IMG/VR virus record: IMGVR_UViG_3300043621_000039
Coordinates: 1 to 61,890 of that record
From: a virus
Taxonomy: Duplodnaviria; Caudoviricetes
DNA length: 61,890 nt
Direction: 5' to 3' (one strand)
Below, piece after piece: positions 27,234-36,932 of this stretch; position 1 is the stretch's first letter; every line of letters starts with the position of its first letter. The notes under the pieces were generated by a model. It saw only the letters and a program-made list of their open reading frames with translations, was not told the DNA's origin and made no database searches. Made by a program: the position numbers and the translations under genes.

Positions 27234-28814
27234 ATGGCGCTGAGTCCGTATTCCACAGCCACAGCCCTTGGCCGCCCGGTTCCGTCCTACGTCACGGATC
27301 CAGAGGACATCGAGCGCGTACGCGCCTACGGGACCTATGAGGACATCTGGAATAACGTGCCAGAGGCCTTCGCGCTGCTGCTGCGCGCGGAGGATGATCC
27401 TTTGGCGCGCCGGTACGTTCCGGTGGTGCGCGAGATCCTGGAGGCCACGAACCGGTACCTGGCCCAGGATATGGAGACCACCTGGACACCAATCCCTGGG
27501 TTCCCGGCTCCGTCCGATCAGGACATGCTGGACTTCCGTGGCCGCCTCGATGGGTTCTGGGCGCGCGAAGAGATCGGCATCAAGTTCCTGTCCTCCAAGC
27601 GCTGGCTGCTGATCAAGGGCGACGGGCTGCTCCATATCACGGCTGATCCCTCCAAGCCGGATGGCTCGAAGGTCCGGCTGACGGAGATCGAGCCTGAGCA
27701 GTACTTCCCGATCTGGGATCCGGCGGACGGTGAGCGGATCGTTGGCTGCTACCTGGTTTCCGTGGTGCTGGATGATGAGGATGAAGAGATCGTCCAGCGT
27801 ATCGAGTACCGGAAGATCCGCAACGAGGTCGAGTCGCAGCAGTACGTGACGCCGGTCGGCAGCATTTTCTACCGGCTGGGGTTCTTCGAGCCAGATGCTT
27901 GGGATGCGCGGAACCTCGAAGAGAGCGAGCTGAAGCCAGTCGACGCGCCAGCCTGGGCGATTCCTGCCGAGCCTCCGGTACAGGACCCGTTGGTTGGGTT
28001 CCCGCTGGCCGCCAAGATCACGTCCCTGCCGGTCTACCGGATGCGGAACCGGCGGCGTGGCGGGAAGGCCGGGCGCTTTGGTACGTCTGAGATCCAGGGC
28101 CTGGAGACCGTGTTTGCCGGCATCATCCAGAATACCACGGATGAGGACCTGGCGGTGGCGCTCACCGGTCTGGGTGTCTACTACACCGATTCCGGAAAGT
28201 CCCGGGACAGTAATGGGGCGGAGATCGACTGGGAGATTGGCCCTGCATCCGTTGCAGAGCTGGAGAAAGACTCCAAGTTCGGTCGGGTGCCCGGCATCAC
28301 CTCCGTCCAGCCGATTCAGGAGCACATCGACTACCTGATGAAGACTGCGCGCGGAGCGAACGCGGCTCCAGAGATCGCATCCGGCCGGACCGAGAGCAGC
28401 GCGCAGATTTCCGGCGTAGCGCTGCGAATCCAGTTCATGCCGACGCTCGCCGCCAACATGGAGCGCGAGGAGGAAATGGCATCCGTCTGGACCCACCTGC
28501 TGTTCGACCTTCTCACAATGTGGTTCCCGGTCTACGAGGGCTGGGCTCCGCTCCCGCTACAGCCGGGCATGGTATTCGGTGACCCGCTACCGCCGGACCG
28601 TGTGGCCGTGGTGACGGAGGTGACAACCCTTGTGACGTCTGGGGTTGTGACCAAGGAATGGGCCGCTAGCTACCTCGCTGAGAAACTGGGGTATGACTTC
28701 CCAGCCAACATGGTGGCAGACGCGCAGGCGGAGCAGCAGGCAGCGCTGGATGCTGAGGGCGCACGGATAGCAGCTGCAGCCGGTCAGGTGCCGAGTGGCG
28801 ATCCCGCAGCCTGA
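27234..28814 (+). CDS. Portal protein
   Basis: 526 aa directly after TerL; KGDG, FGTSEI, SGVAL. Confidence 0.85.
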   Translation: MALSPYSTATALGRPVPSYVTDPEDIERVRAYGTYEDIWNNVPEAFALLLRAEDDPLARRYVPVVREILEATNRYLAQDMETTWTPIPGFPAPSDQDMLDFRGRLDGFWAREEIGIKFLSSKRWLLIKGDGLLHITADPSKPDGSKVRLTEIEPEQYFPIWDPADGERIVGCYLVSVVLDDEDEEIVQRIEYRKIRNEVESQQYVTPVGSIFYRLGFFEPDAWDARNLEESELKPVDAPAWAIPAEPPVQDPLVGFPLAAKITSLPVYRMRNRRRGGKAGRFGTSEIQGLETVFAGIIQNTTDEDLAVALTGLGVYYTDSGKSRDSNGAEIDWEIGPASVAELEKDSKFGRVPGITSVQPIQEHIDYLMKTARGANAAPEIASGRTESSAQISGVALRIQFMPTLAANMEREEEMASVWTHLLFDLLTMWFPVYEGWAPLPLQPGMVFGDPLPPDRVAVVTEVTTLVTSGVVTKEWAASYLAEKLGYDFPANMVADAQAEQQAALDAEGARIAAAAGQVPSGDPAA

Positions 28815-30498
28815 GCCGAAAGACTGGGCGCTCTCCAACGCGCAGATCCTGCGGATCACTGACCGCGAGGTCCTGGCGATGCTCCGTGCTGCCTATCGCA
28901 CGATCAGCGCGGAGCTGAATGATCTAATCGCCAAGGACTCACCGCTGATCTCCGCCGGAGTGCAGCGCGCGCAGATGGAGCAGACCCGCGCTCGGCTACT
29001 CGCTGAGCAGGCCAACGTATTCCGGAGGCTTGGCGACATAGTGAGCGCGCGGAGGCTCGATGCGGCCTCCCGTGCACAGCGGCTAAGCGCTGCGGCAGAC
29101 GCGGCCTTGCTCGCCCTCGTAGGGAAGGCTAAGGAGGCGCAGTTTCTCTATCAGAGCGCGCTCCAGGCCAGCCAGGCAGGGATCGATGCAGCGTTGGCGC
29201 GTATGCGGTTGAGCGCGCTTCCGCTCAGCCAGCGCATCTACAATTCCTCGGTCTGGATGAACGATCGGCTAGGGAAGCTCATCAACGAGACCTTGGTGTC
29301 CGGTCTGAACGCACGGGAGTTCGCCAAGAAGGCGCGGGACTGGTTCAACCCCAACACGCCGGGCGGAGTTCGGTACGCTGCAATGCGGTTGGCGCGAACG
29401 GAGATCAACAACTCCTTCCATGCCACCAGCGCGGAGAAGTATGCGACCACGCCGTGGATCACCAAGGTTGAGTGGAACCTTTCTGGTAGTCACCCCAAGC
29501 CGGACGAGTGCAACGTGCTGGCGGCGGCAAGTCCGTATGACAGCGACGAGACTCCAGCTCGACCGCACCCGCAGTGCATGTGCTACATCACCCCGGTATC
29601 CATCGATGAGGATGAGTTTGTGGAGAACTTTCTCGCCGGTGACTATGATGAATACCTGGATGGCGAGCTGGAGAAGAATGGTTGGAATGTAACAGATTCA
29701 GAGGGCACTACCCCGGCAGAGCGTCTTGGTCCAAAGCAGGTTCTCCGACCCAAGACAACTGGGTCTGACGCCACTGAATGGGTGGCTTCGCAGATGCGGG
29801 ACGGACACCGCAGAGATGGAATCAATAAGCAGACTGATTTCAACGATCCTGTTGACAACATCCTACGGGAGACTGGAAAGCACCAAGGATTCGATGCGCT
29901 GCCGTCCTACAGCGACCTGAATAAAGAGGTCGCAAAGGGCGGAGTGGAGCTACATCGAGGCGTTATTCCGTTTAGTGGACCTCCAGAGGTCAAAGCGGAA
30001 ACCATCATCGATCGGTTCCGTTCCGGGGCTTATGAGCCGGGAACTGGTATCTACGGCAACGGTTTCTACTTCTCAGTATCAAAGCGTGTAGCGGATTACT
30101 TCGCTGGACCCAAGAAGGCGCTTAAGGGTGGCATTTCATTCCGTGCAGTGCTGCGGAAAGACGCCAAGGTCATCGAGTACGGCCAACTCCAGAAGGATAT
30201 GAAGGAGTGGCGCAAGCTTGCGCTGGAGAACTCTCCGGACCTGGGGGATCTATTCGGCAAGCTGGACTTCCAGACCCCAGAGGGAATGATTCCGCCCTCC
30301 ATGATCGATACGTTTATGGACCCGGGCCGGTTCGCCGCGCTGATGGGCTATGACGCAATTCTCGTGACGGGGCAACAGGATGGCGCTCCATTCGTCAAGG
30401 GTGAGCCGAGCGCCAAGAACAGCGCGGGCGGAAAGTTCTCCGCGCATGACCAATATGTCATCCTGAACCGCTCTGCAATCTTCCTGGAGGCGTTGTGA
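28795..30498 (+). CDS. MuF-like minor head protein fused to an ADP-ribosyltransferase-like domain
   Basis: RLARTE, HPKPDEC, HPQCMC (MuF); C-terminal LHRG, GIYGNGFYFS, GYDAI, QYVIL. Confidence 0.8.
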   Translation: MAIPQPEPKDWALSNAQILRITDREVLAMLRAAYRTISAELNDLIAKDSPLISAGVQRAQMEQTRARLLAEQANVFRRLGDIVSARRLDAASRAQRLSAAADAALLALVGKAKEAQFLYQSALQASQAGIDAALARMRLSALPLSQRIYNSSVWMNDRLGKLINETLVSGLNAREFAKKARDWFNPNTPGGVRYAAMRLARTEINNSFHATSAEKYATTPWITKVEWNLSGSHPKPDECNVLAAASPYDSDETPARPHPQCMCYITPVSIDEDEFVENFLAGDYDEYLDGELEKNGWNVTDSEGTTPAERLGPKQVLRPKTTGSDATEWVASQMRDGHRRDGINKQTDFNDPVDNILRETGKHQGFDALPSYSDLNKEVAKGGVELHRGVIPFSGPPEVKAETIIDRFRSGAYEPGTGIYGNGFYFSVSKRVADYFAGPKKALKGGISFRAVLRKDAKVIEYGQLQKDMKEWRKLALENSPDLGDLFGKLDFQTPEGMIPPSMIDTFMDPGRFAALMGYDAILVTGQQDGAPFVKGEPSAKNSAGGKFSAHDQYVILNRSAIFLEAL

Positions 30499-30671
30499 AC
30501 GCGGACCTAAGCCGCGAGGTCGGTCGCATCATGGGCAAGGCAAATCCGGCTCCAGTTCCACAGCAGCGCGCTCGGATTATCAACGCGCTGGAGACTGCAG
30601 ATTCGATCTCGGATCTGCCTGTGGATATCCAGGAATTGTTGAAAGATATGAAGCTCTCCGTTGGCAGGTAG
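30495..30671 (+). CDS. 58-aa helical protein not in the ORF track; candidate immunity/partner protein
   Basis: GTGA overlap with the MuF stop; GGAGG RBS; MNADLSREVGRIMG...LLKDMKLSVGR. Confidence 0.6.
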   Translation: MNADLSREVGRIMGKANPAPVPQQRARIINALETADSISDLPVDIQELLKDMKLSVGR

Positions 30672-30723
30672 AGTTGCGGTTAGCGGGCAGCTACGAAGTC
30701 CGGTATGATGCGAGGAGAAAAGC

Positions 30724-31365
30724 ATGGCCACCCCCGAAGGTGATGGCGCCCAGAGCGGCGCGGATGGTACCCAGAGTGGTACCGGTACTGCCACCGGGAC
30801 CCAGACCGGCACCCAGAATTCCAACCCTGGAACAGGTACCCAGAGTGGTACTGGAGTGACGCTGACCGACCTGGATGTCGCACGCCAGGAGGCCCAGTCA
30901 TACCAGGAAAAGATGAAGGCTGCCGATAAGCGGGCGAGTGACTACGAAGCACAGCTGAAGCAGCTGCGTGACAAGGACCTCCCTGCGACTGAGAAGTTGC
31001 AGCGCGACTACGAGGCTGCCGTTCAGCAGGTGGAGACTTTCAGGGAAACCAACGGAAAGTTGGCGTTGGAGAACGCATTCCTGTCTGACAACACCTACGA
31101 GTGGCAGAACCCCAAGCGCGCCCTGCAGCTGATCGACCGGAGCGGCGTGGAGATCGGGGATGACGGAGCGGTGAAGGGCCTCAAGGAGGCTCTGAAGGCG
31201 CTGGCGACTTCCGACCCCTACCTGCTGAAGGCCAAGACCGAGGACCCACCTCCGCCCGGCGGAACGGTTCCGGGCAACAACGGCAGTACTGGTGGCGCGA
31301 CCCCGGACCACAAGAGTCTGGTGGGGCGTTTCCCGGCACTCTCTACACGGGTCCGGCGTAGCTAG
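30724..31365 (+). CDS. Capsid scaffolding protein
   Basis: G/T/Q-rich N-terminus, coiled coil, PYLL; upstream of the capsid genes. Confidence 0.8.
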   Translation: MATPEGDGAQSGADGTQSGTGTATGTQTGTQNSNPGTGTQSGTGVTLTDLDVARQEAQSYQEKMKAADKRASDYEAQLKQLRDKDLPATEKLQRDYEAAVQQVETFRETNGKLALENAFLSDNTYEWQNPKRALQLIDRSGVEIGDDGAVKGLKEALKALATSDPYLLKAKTEDPPPPGGTVPGNNGSTGGATPDHKSLVGRFPALSTRVRRS

Positions 31366-31400
31366 ATCCGCAACTACAACACCTTCGGAAGGAGGACCTG

Positions 31401-31793
31401 GTGAGTCGTTTCGACAAGGTGGACCCCTTTGATGGCAGCTTCCGCGCGAAGCTCTTTGCTGCGATTGCGGCCGTTGATGTGGGCAAGATCCGTGCGGTGT
31501 CGCTGAACGCTTCCGGGCGTGTCGTGATCGGTGGTGCGGGCCTGGTTGATATCCGTGGCTTGATCGTCCCCACGGAAGCCATGCCCGCCGGAGCCGCTAT
31601 CGACGTCATGACTGACGGCGAGATCGGTGACGCCACGGAGACCGCCGGTACTGCGTTCATCGCGGGCACGCTGGTCTACTGCCACATCGACGGAACGGTG
31701 GATGACACCGCCGCGTCCGGCAAACCGGTGGGGTTCACGGTTGAACTCAACCGTCTCATCGTCCGCTGCTCGTCCGCGCTGACCGCGACCTGA
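31401..31793 (+). CDS. Probable capsid decoration protein
   Basis: Small A/G/V-rich gene between scaffold and major capsid genes; strong codon bias. Confidence 0.6.
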   Translation: MSRFDKVDPFDGSFRAKLFAAIAAVDVGKIRAVSLNASGRVVIGGAGLVDIRGLIVPTEAMPAGAAIDVMTDGEIGDATETAGTAFIAGTLVYCHIDGTVDDTAASGKPVGFTVELNRLIVRCSSALTAT

Positions 31794-31810
31794 GAGGAGG
31801 GTAACCAGCC

Positions 31811-32965
31811 ATGGCAAAGGGTTATTCAGCCAAAGCCGATATCCTCACCCGTACCCGTGACGGGCAGGATCTCAATGCGGTCTGGGACGCCTACCAGGCG
31901 GCCCTGGACAGCTTCAACGACGCGCGGCAGCCGCTCATCGACCTCCTTTCCAGCCCGGTCAACGGGATCGTGGATGAGGCCGGAGCGCCCGGCAGCGAGC
32001 GCTTCGAGCTGGCGACGGAATTCGGCATCCCGCAGTCGATCCGGCCCGCGCCGGTCGTCACTTCCCGGGCGTACCCGTTCGATTGGTACGACCTTCGGCA
32101 GGGCTACACCTGGCGGTTCCTCACCAAGGCAACCACCCGGCAGCTCGATGCGGTGATGCAGCAGGCGCTGGAGGCGGAGAACGCCCTGGTGTTCGAGCAG
32201 GTCACCAAGTCGCTCTTCAACAACGTCAACCGAACCGCCACGCTGGACGGTATCGCCACGCCGTTCACGGTCGTGTCGCTCTATAACGCGGACTCCAGCT
32301 ACATCCCGCCGTACAAGGGCCTCACGTTCGCCGGTTCGCACAACCACTACCTCTCGTCCGGCGCGAACGCCGGGCAGGTGGCTTTCGACCCGCAGGACTT
32401 CCTGGACCTGGCGCTGACCATCGAGCACCACGGCTTCAACCGCTCGCAGGGTTACAACATCATCTTCCTGATGAACCCTGCGGACGCCACCGCTTCGGTC
32501 GTGCGGTACGTCCGCAACCAGGCGTTCGTCTCCGGCGGTGCGTCCACGGTGGTCTCCCTGTACGACTTCATCCCCACCACTGCCTCCAACCTCTCGCTGC
32601 TCCTGCCGCCCGGCTACACCCTCGTGGGTGGCCTGGCTCCGCAGCAGTTCGCGGGCCTGGAGGTCGTCGGTACCTGGGGTCCGTACATGTTCATCCAGGA
32701 CTACCAGATTCCGGCGGGTTACGTGGTGGCTGCGGCCACTGCCGGCCAGTCGTCGCAGCTCAACATCGTGGGTATCCGCGAGGACGAGCAGCCTGGGCTG
32801 CAGGGCCTGATCCTCAAGCCCGGCAACCAGCAGGCGTACCCGCTGATCGACTCCTTCTTCATCCGGGGTCTGGGTGCTGGCGTCCGCCAGCGCGGTGCGG
32901 CCGCAATCATGAAGCTCGACAACACCGGTGGCGCCTACACGGTGCCCGCCTCGATGGTCTGGTAA
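31811..32965 (+). CDS. Major capsid protein
   Basis: Size, position, very high GC3 codon bias, GAGGAGG RBS. Confidence 0.85.
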   Translation: MAKGYSAKADILTRTRDGQDLNAVWDAYQAALDSFNDARQPLIDLLSSPVNGIVDEAGAPGSERFELATEFGIPQSIRPAPVVTSRAYPFDWYDLRQGYTWRFLTKATTRQLDAVMQQALEAENALVFEQVTKSLFNNVNRTATLDGIATPFTVVSLYNADSSYIPPYKGLTFAGSHNHYLSSGANAGQVAFDPQDFLDLALTIEHHGFNRSQGYNIIFLMNPADATASVVRYVRNQAFVSGGASTVVSLYDFIPTTASNLSLLLPPGYTLVGGLAPQQFAGLEVVGTWGPYMFIQDYQIPAGYVVAAATAGQSSQLNIVGIREDEQPGLQGLILKPGNQQAYPLIDSFFIRGLGAGVRQRGAAAIMKLDNTGGAYTVPASMVW

Positions 32966-32974
32966 GGAGGCGTC

Positions 32975-33412
32975 ATGAGTATGAAGGTGGACTACAGCAC
33001 GCCCCTCACCGAAGAGGAGCGGGCATACCTGGAGGCGCGCGGCGCAACCGGGGAGATCGAGCGAGCGGACGCCATCAATGGCGTCACCAATCCTCCGCCG
33101 TATGGCGAGGGCGACGGCACCGGCCTCAAGATGCAGCCGCTGTTGACCTCTGAGGCTGCGGCTGGGGAGAAGGAGCGCCTGATGGCGCGGCTGGCCCAGA
33201 TCGAGGCCGATGAGGCCAAGGCTGACACGGTTGACGACGAGACGCTGCCTCCGTACGAGGAGTGGAACTTCAGCGCTCTCAAGGCTGAGATCGACGCTCG
33301 GAACGAGGGCCGCGACGTCAAGATGCCCAAGACTGGATCGGCAGCCGACCTGGCCGCCCGGCTCCGACAGGACGACGAGCAGGAGCAGGACCCGGCCACC
33401 CAGCAGGTCTGA
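32975..33412 (+). CDS. Hypothetical protein with a C-terminal SAP/HeH-like motif
   Basis: YEEWNFSALKAEI...TGSAADLAARLR. Confidence 0.6.
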   Translation: MSMKVDYSTPLTEEERAYLEARGATGEIERADAINGVTNPPPYGEGDGTGLKMQPLLTSEAAAGEKERLMARLAQIEADEAKADTVDDETLPPYEEWNFSALKAEIDARNEGRDVKMPKTGSAADLAARLRQDDEQEQDPATQQV

Positions 33413-33422
33413 TTCCAACGGA

Positions 33423-33457
33423 GAGGCCGGGGCACATCACGAGGGTGCTCCGGCCTC
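33423..33457 (+). terminator. Stem-loop after the capsid operon
   Basis: GAGGCCGGGGCAC/GTGCTCCGGCCTC. Confidence 0.55.
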
Positions 33458-33483
33458 GCCCCTAAGCGCAGGAGGGCGGACCC

Positions 33484-33804
33484 GTGGCTACGGCGGAAGA
33501 GATTGCGGCCTTCCGGCTGCTGATCGATGAGGGCGATGATGTTGAGCCTTACAGCGATCTCAGTCTCAACATGCGGATCGATGCGGCGCTCTCGTCACAA
33601 GCGCTCGCGGCAGAGATTTGGATGGAGAAGGCTGCCAGCTACGCGTCGCTGGTGAACGTCTCGGAGTCTGGATCCTCGCGCTCGATGAGCGACCTCCACA
33701 AGAACGCACTCGCCATGGCGAAGGGCTTTGGTGCGGTGGATCCGACCGGCCCTGAAGCCGCAGGGGTCCGTGGCGTCCGTATGAAGAAGTTGACGCGCAG
33801 ATGA
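33484..33804 (+). CDS. Head-to-tail adaptor
   Basis: RLLID, W.EKAA, VSESGSSR; synteny. Confidence 0.7.
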   Translation: MATAEEIAAFRLLIDEGDDVEPYSDLSLNMRIDAALSSQALAAEIWMEKAASYASLVNVSESGSSRSMSDLHKNALAMAKGFGAVDPTGPEAAGVRGVRMKKLTRR

Positions 33805-34166
33805 TTGCGACTGCAGAGCTGAAGGCCCAGCGTCGAATAACCGCTGCCTTCATCGCGGCGGATGCGCAGACGATCGTGCTGCTCCGGCGGAGCCGAACCC
33901 CAGACGGAGCCGGGGGAATCGAGACAGGGCCGCAGGTCGAGCAGGCGCCACAGACCTTTCGGCTGCTACCGCAGGAGGATGGCGCCACCGCGCGCACTAA
34001 CGCGGATGGTGAGAGCGCTACGCCGGAGTACATGCTGCAGGGATACTGGGACGCCAACATGCAGCGTTTCGATGAGTTCGTGATCGGGGACCGGCGGTAT
34101 CAAATCGTCTACATCGATGATCGCCAGTATGAGATCAAGGGGGAGGCAACCTACTGTGGGGAGTAG
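33801..34166 (+). CDS. Head-to-tail stopper
   Basis: DGAGG motif; synteny. Confidence 0.65.
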   Translation: MIATAELKAQRRITAAFIAADAQTIVLLRRSRTPDGAGGIETGPQVEQAPQTFRLLPQEDGATARTNADGESATPEYMLQGYWDANMQRFDEFVIGDRRYQIVYIDDRQYEIKGEATYCGE

Positions 34167-34518
34167 CAGCTTCACCTTCGATACCTCCAAGTTCAAGGAC
34201 TTGAAGGCCATGGACCGGCGGCTGAACCGTGCGATCTTCGGAGTGGCGAAGTACTGGGATGGCCGGGTCGAGGCCCATATGAAGCACAAGGCTCCCTGGA
34301 CCGACCGGACCACCAACGCCCGCAACGGTCTGTTCGCCAAGGCCTACCAGAAGGCCAAGGGCCTTTACGCCATCATCCTGGCGCACTCGGTGACCTACGG
34401 GATCTATCTGGAACTGGGAACCCGGTACATGCGGGCTCGCCCGATCATCATCCCCACCATGCGGATCTACGCACCGAAAGTGATGCGGACGCTGACGAAG
34501 ATCCTGGATCGGCTATGA
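34156..34518 (+). CDS. HK97 gp10-like neck protein
   Basis: APWTDRT, YGIYLELGT..M..RP. Confidence 0.75.
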   Translation: MGSSSFTFDTSKFKDLKAMDRRLNRAIFGVAKYWDGRVEAHMKHKAPWTDRTTNARNGLFAKAYQKAKGLYAIILAHSVTYGIYLELGTRYMRARPIIIPTMRIYAPKVMRTLTKILDRL

Positions 34519-34928
34519 GAGCCACGGTGCGGGACCTCATTGTGGCGAGCGCGCCGTTGACAGCCATCATTCCATCGTACAGGTGGTATCAAGCCGGAGC
34601 GGTCATCGATATCCCTAACAAGCCGTTCGCAATCCTCCGTTGGCTTGCGCCGGTATCCGGGAACGCCTCCGGCAGCTTCGCGCACCAGCTCCGCGTTGAC
34701 ATCCATGACGTTCGGGGCAGCTATAAGCGGATCGACGGACTCTTGGGTGGTCCGTACCGGACTGGCGGGATCTACCCAATCCTCAACGGGATTATGGGCG
34801 TGACTGGAGCTGATGGGTATGTGGCGCAGGCCGATTACCTGGGAGACTCCGGTGACCAGGAGGACCTGGACTACAAGTCCAACTACAAATTCAGCAGCTG
34901 GCAGATCCTTGGGAGGGTCACCTCATGA
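34515..34928 (+). CDS. Tail terminator
   Basis: Synteny; Y..ID pattern. Confidence 0.6.
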   Translation: MRATVRDLIVASAPLTAIIPSYRWYQAGAVIDIPNKPFAILRWLAPVSGNASGSFAHQLRVDIHDVRGSYKRIDGLLGGPYRTGGIYPILNGIMGVTGADGYVAQADYLGDSGDQEDLDYKSNYKFSSWQILGRVTS

Positions 34929-35215
34929 CACCGACGGACCGGGCAGCCCACGCGGCTACCGCAGACTACATCGAGTACCTGGGCGAAGCGCCGCACGGCA
35001 CCGCGTTCCTCAGCTCCCACACCATCCCGAAGGGGGACGCGCTGTGGAAGCGAAACAAGGTCGAGGACGCCAAGGATGCGGTGTGGGAGCGCGACCCGCA
35101 GGGACCGGGCATCGGCCAGAAGGGCAATCGGATGCTGCTGTCGGTCGAGGACCTGACGCCTGCAATGGTGTCGGTCCTGGAGAAGACGCCCGGCTTCAAG
35201 CGGGTCAGCGAGTAG
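34925..35215 (+). CDS. Hypothetical protein
   Basis: ATGA overlap. Confidence 0.65.
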   Translation: MTPTDRAAHAATADYIEYLGEAPHGTAFLSSHTIPKGDALWKRNKVEDAKDAVWERDPQGPGIGQKGNRMLLSVEDLTPAMVSVLEKTPGFKRVSE

Positions 35216-35394
35216 AACTCCGCTGCCCAGAGGGGATCAAGTTCGGTGAGATCCTCGGTGGGGAGTTGGAGTTCAAGTGCCGCAGCGCTCGCTGTGGCGC
35301 CGAACCGGGAGTGTTGGTGCTACACAGATTCACCGCAACCGGCACGTTCATCGGGACCAAGCGGTACCGAGTGATTGAAAGCAGGAAGGAGTAG
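35212..35394 (+). CDS. Zinc-ribbon-like coding segment without a local canonical start
   Basis: VELRCPEGIKFG...FKCRSARCG...HRF; begins at GTA overlapping the upstream TAG. Confidence 0.45.
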   Translation, partial: VELRCPEGIKFGEILGGELEFKCRSARCGAEPGVLVLHRFTATGTFIGTKRYRVIESRKE

Positions 35395-35396
35395 TC

Positions 35397-35939
35397 ATGG
35401 CGCTAGCAATCCACCGCTTGCCCTACGGTTTGCGGGACATCAAGGTGGCCACGCTTGACAATGCGGGCGTGAAGGGGACGCTGGTCGACCTCCCGGCCGC
35501 ACAGACGCTGGAGTTCACCGAGGAAACCTCCTCGCAGGTACTGCGGGGCGACGACGCGGTCATCGCACAGCGAGTCACCATCGACGCGGTCAACTGGACG
35601 CTGGATGCCGGCGGCATCAGCTTCGAGGCCTACGTGGTCATTGCCGGTGGCGTCGTCAGCTCGACCGGTACCACGCCGTCCGTGGTGAAGAAGTGGCGCC
35701 GGATGGGAACCGACGCATACCCTGACTTCTTCCTGGAGGGCCAGTCCATGTCGGAGTCGGCTGGAGACCACCACATGGTCTTCCACCGCTCCAAGGCGAC
35801 GCAGATCGCAGGGACCATGCAGGACCAGGAGTTCTGGGTCTCGCACGCGGAGGGCAACGCCATCGCAACGCTCACCGCAGCGAACGTCGGCGCGGTCTGG
35901 GACATGGTTGCCAACGAGACGGTCGCAGCGATCGTCTAG
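35397..35939 (+). CDS. Major tail protein
   Basis: PYGLRDIK, LRGDD; AAGGAG RBS; precedes the chaperones and tape measure gene. Confidence 0.85.
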   Translation: MALAIHRLPYGLRDIKVATLDNAGVKGTLVDLPAAQTLEFTEETSSQVLRGDDAVIAQRVTIDAVNWTLDAGGISFEAYVVIAGGVVSSTGTTPSVVKKWRRMGTDAYPDFFLEGQSMSESAGDHHMVFHRSKATQIAGTMQDQEFWVSHAEGNAIATLTAANVGAVWDMVANETVAAIV

Positions 35940-36043
35940 CCTTCGAGCTACCGGGCGTGCCTTTCGTAGCGGGGCACGTCCGGTTCGGAGCTTTTACTCT
36001 AACGACTCTAACTGCTACTCTTAAACGCCAATAGGAGCACAGG

Positions 36044-36685
36044 ATGCCAGGCGAAAACGACGAGAAGCGCATGGGCGATTACACCCTTGCTGAGCTCAAC
36101 CAGATGACCACCGGCGAGTACGCGAACGCCAGTGCCCATGGCTTTCACAAGCCGGTGAAGTCGCCGGGTGCCGCCCTCGTGGTGGAGCTTCCCGAGCAGA
36201 TCACCCTCCCCAGCGCAGTCCCGCAGCCCGTGAGTACGCCGGAGCCGGACCCCAATGCCTGGGCAAATGCCAAGAGCCGCCAGGGCAAGGACTTCACCTG
36301 CCCGTCCGGTCAGACCTGCCGACTTAAGCCTCTCGATCCTGAGAGGTTGCTACAGGCCGGAATCCTGGATAAGGTCACCAGGCTCGAAGGTCTCGCGGAT
36401 GTGCTGATTCAGGCGGCAGAGGGCCAGCCGCCTACTATGGCCAAGATTCCGTCCCGCGAGGAGCTGTGGATGCTTCTCAAAACCATCAACGAACTCATCC
36501 CGTTGGCGGTTGAGCAGCCGACCGTCTGGGCGATCCCTGACATCGATGACCCGGTTGTTGAGAACCGGATCCGTCAGGCGGACCGGATCTATGTCGATGA
36601 CATCGACTTGGATGACCGGGTGGCCATCCTGGAGGAGGCGCTGAAGGGGCTGCGCCTCCTGGACCGATTTCGTAACCCCGGATAG
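36044..36685 (+). CDS. Tail assembly chaperone (G)
   Basis: Between major tail and tape measure genes; CPSGQ. Confidence 0.75.
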   Translation: MPGENDEKRMGDYTLAELNQMTTGEYANASAHGFHKPVKSPGAALVVELPEQITLPSAVPQPVSTPEPDPNAWANAKSRQGKDFTCPSGQTCRLKPLDPERLLQAGILDKVTRLEGLADVLIQAAEGQPPTMAKIPSREELWMLLKTINELIPLAVEQPTVWAIPDIDDPVVENRIRQADRIYVDDIDLDDRVAILEEALKGLRLLDRFRNPG

Positions 36686-36917
36686 TCTGCTGCGGGCCTG
36701 GACCATGTCACAGTCGATGAATCGACCCTATTCGCAACTTGTTGGTATGTCTGGACTTGAGGCGTACGCGCTCGATGCGGCGGTGACGCGGTGGGGGATG
36801 GCTTTTGACGCTGCTATCAAGAACGCCGGTGCGGACGCAAAGACCCGCGCGGAGGCGGAGCGCAAGGTACAGACTGTGATCCGTAAATGGATCCCCAGCA
36901 CGCGCGAGTACCGATAG
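36669..36917 (+). CDS. Tail assembly chaperone C-terminal extension (GT), predicted +1 frameshift
   Basis: +1 frame open across TTT-CGT; LLRAWTMSQ...AYALDAAV. Confidence 0.6.
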   Translation, partial: FVTPDSLLRAWTMSQSMNRPYSQLVGMSGLEAYALDAAVTRWGMAFDAAIKNAGADAKTRAEAERKVQTVIRKWIPSTREYR

Positions 36918-36932
36918 CAGAAGGGAGCTGAG

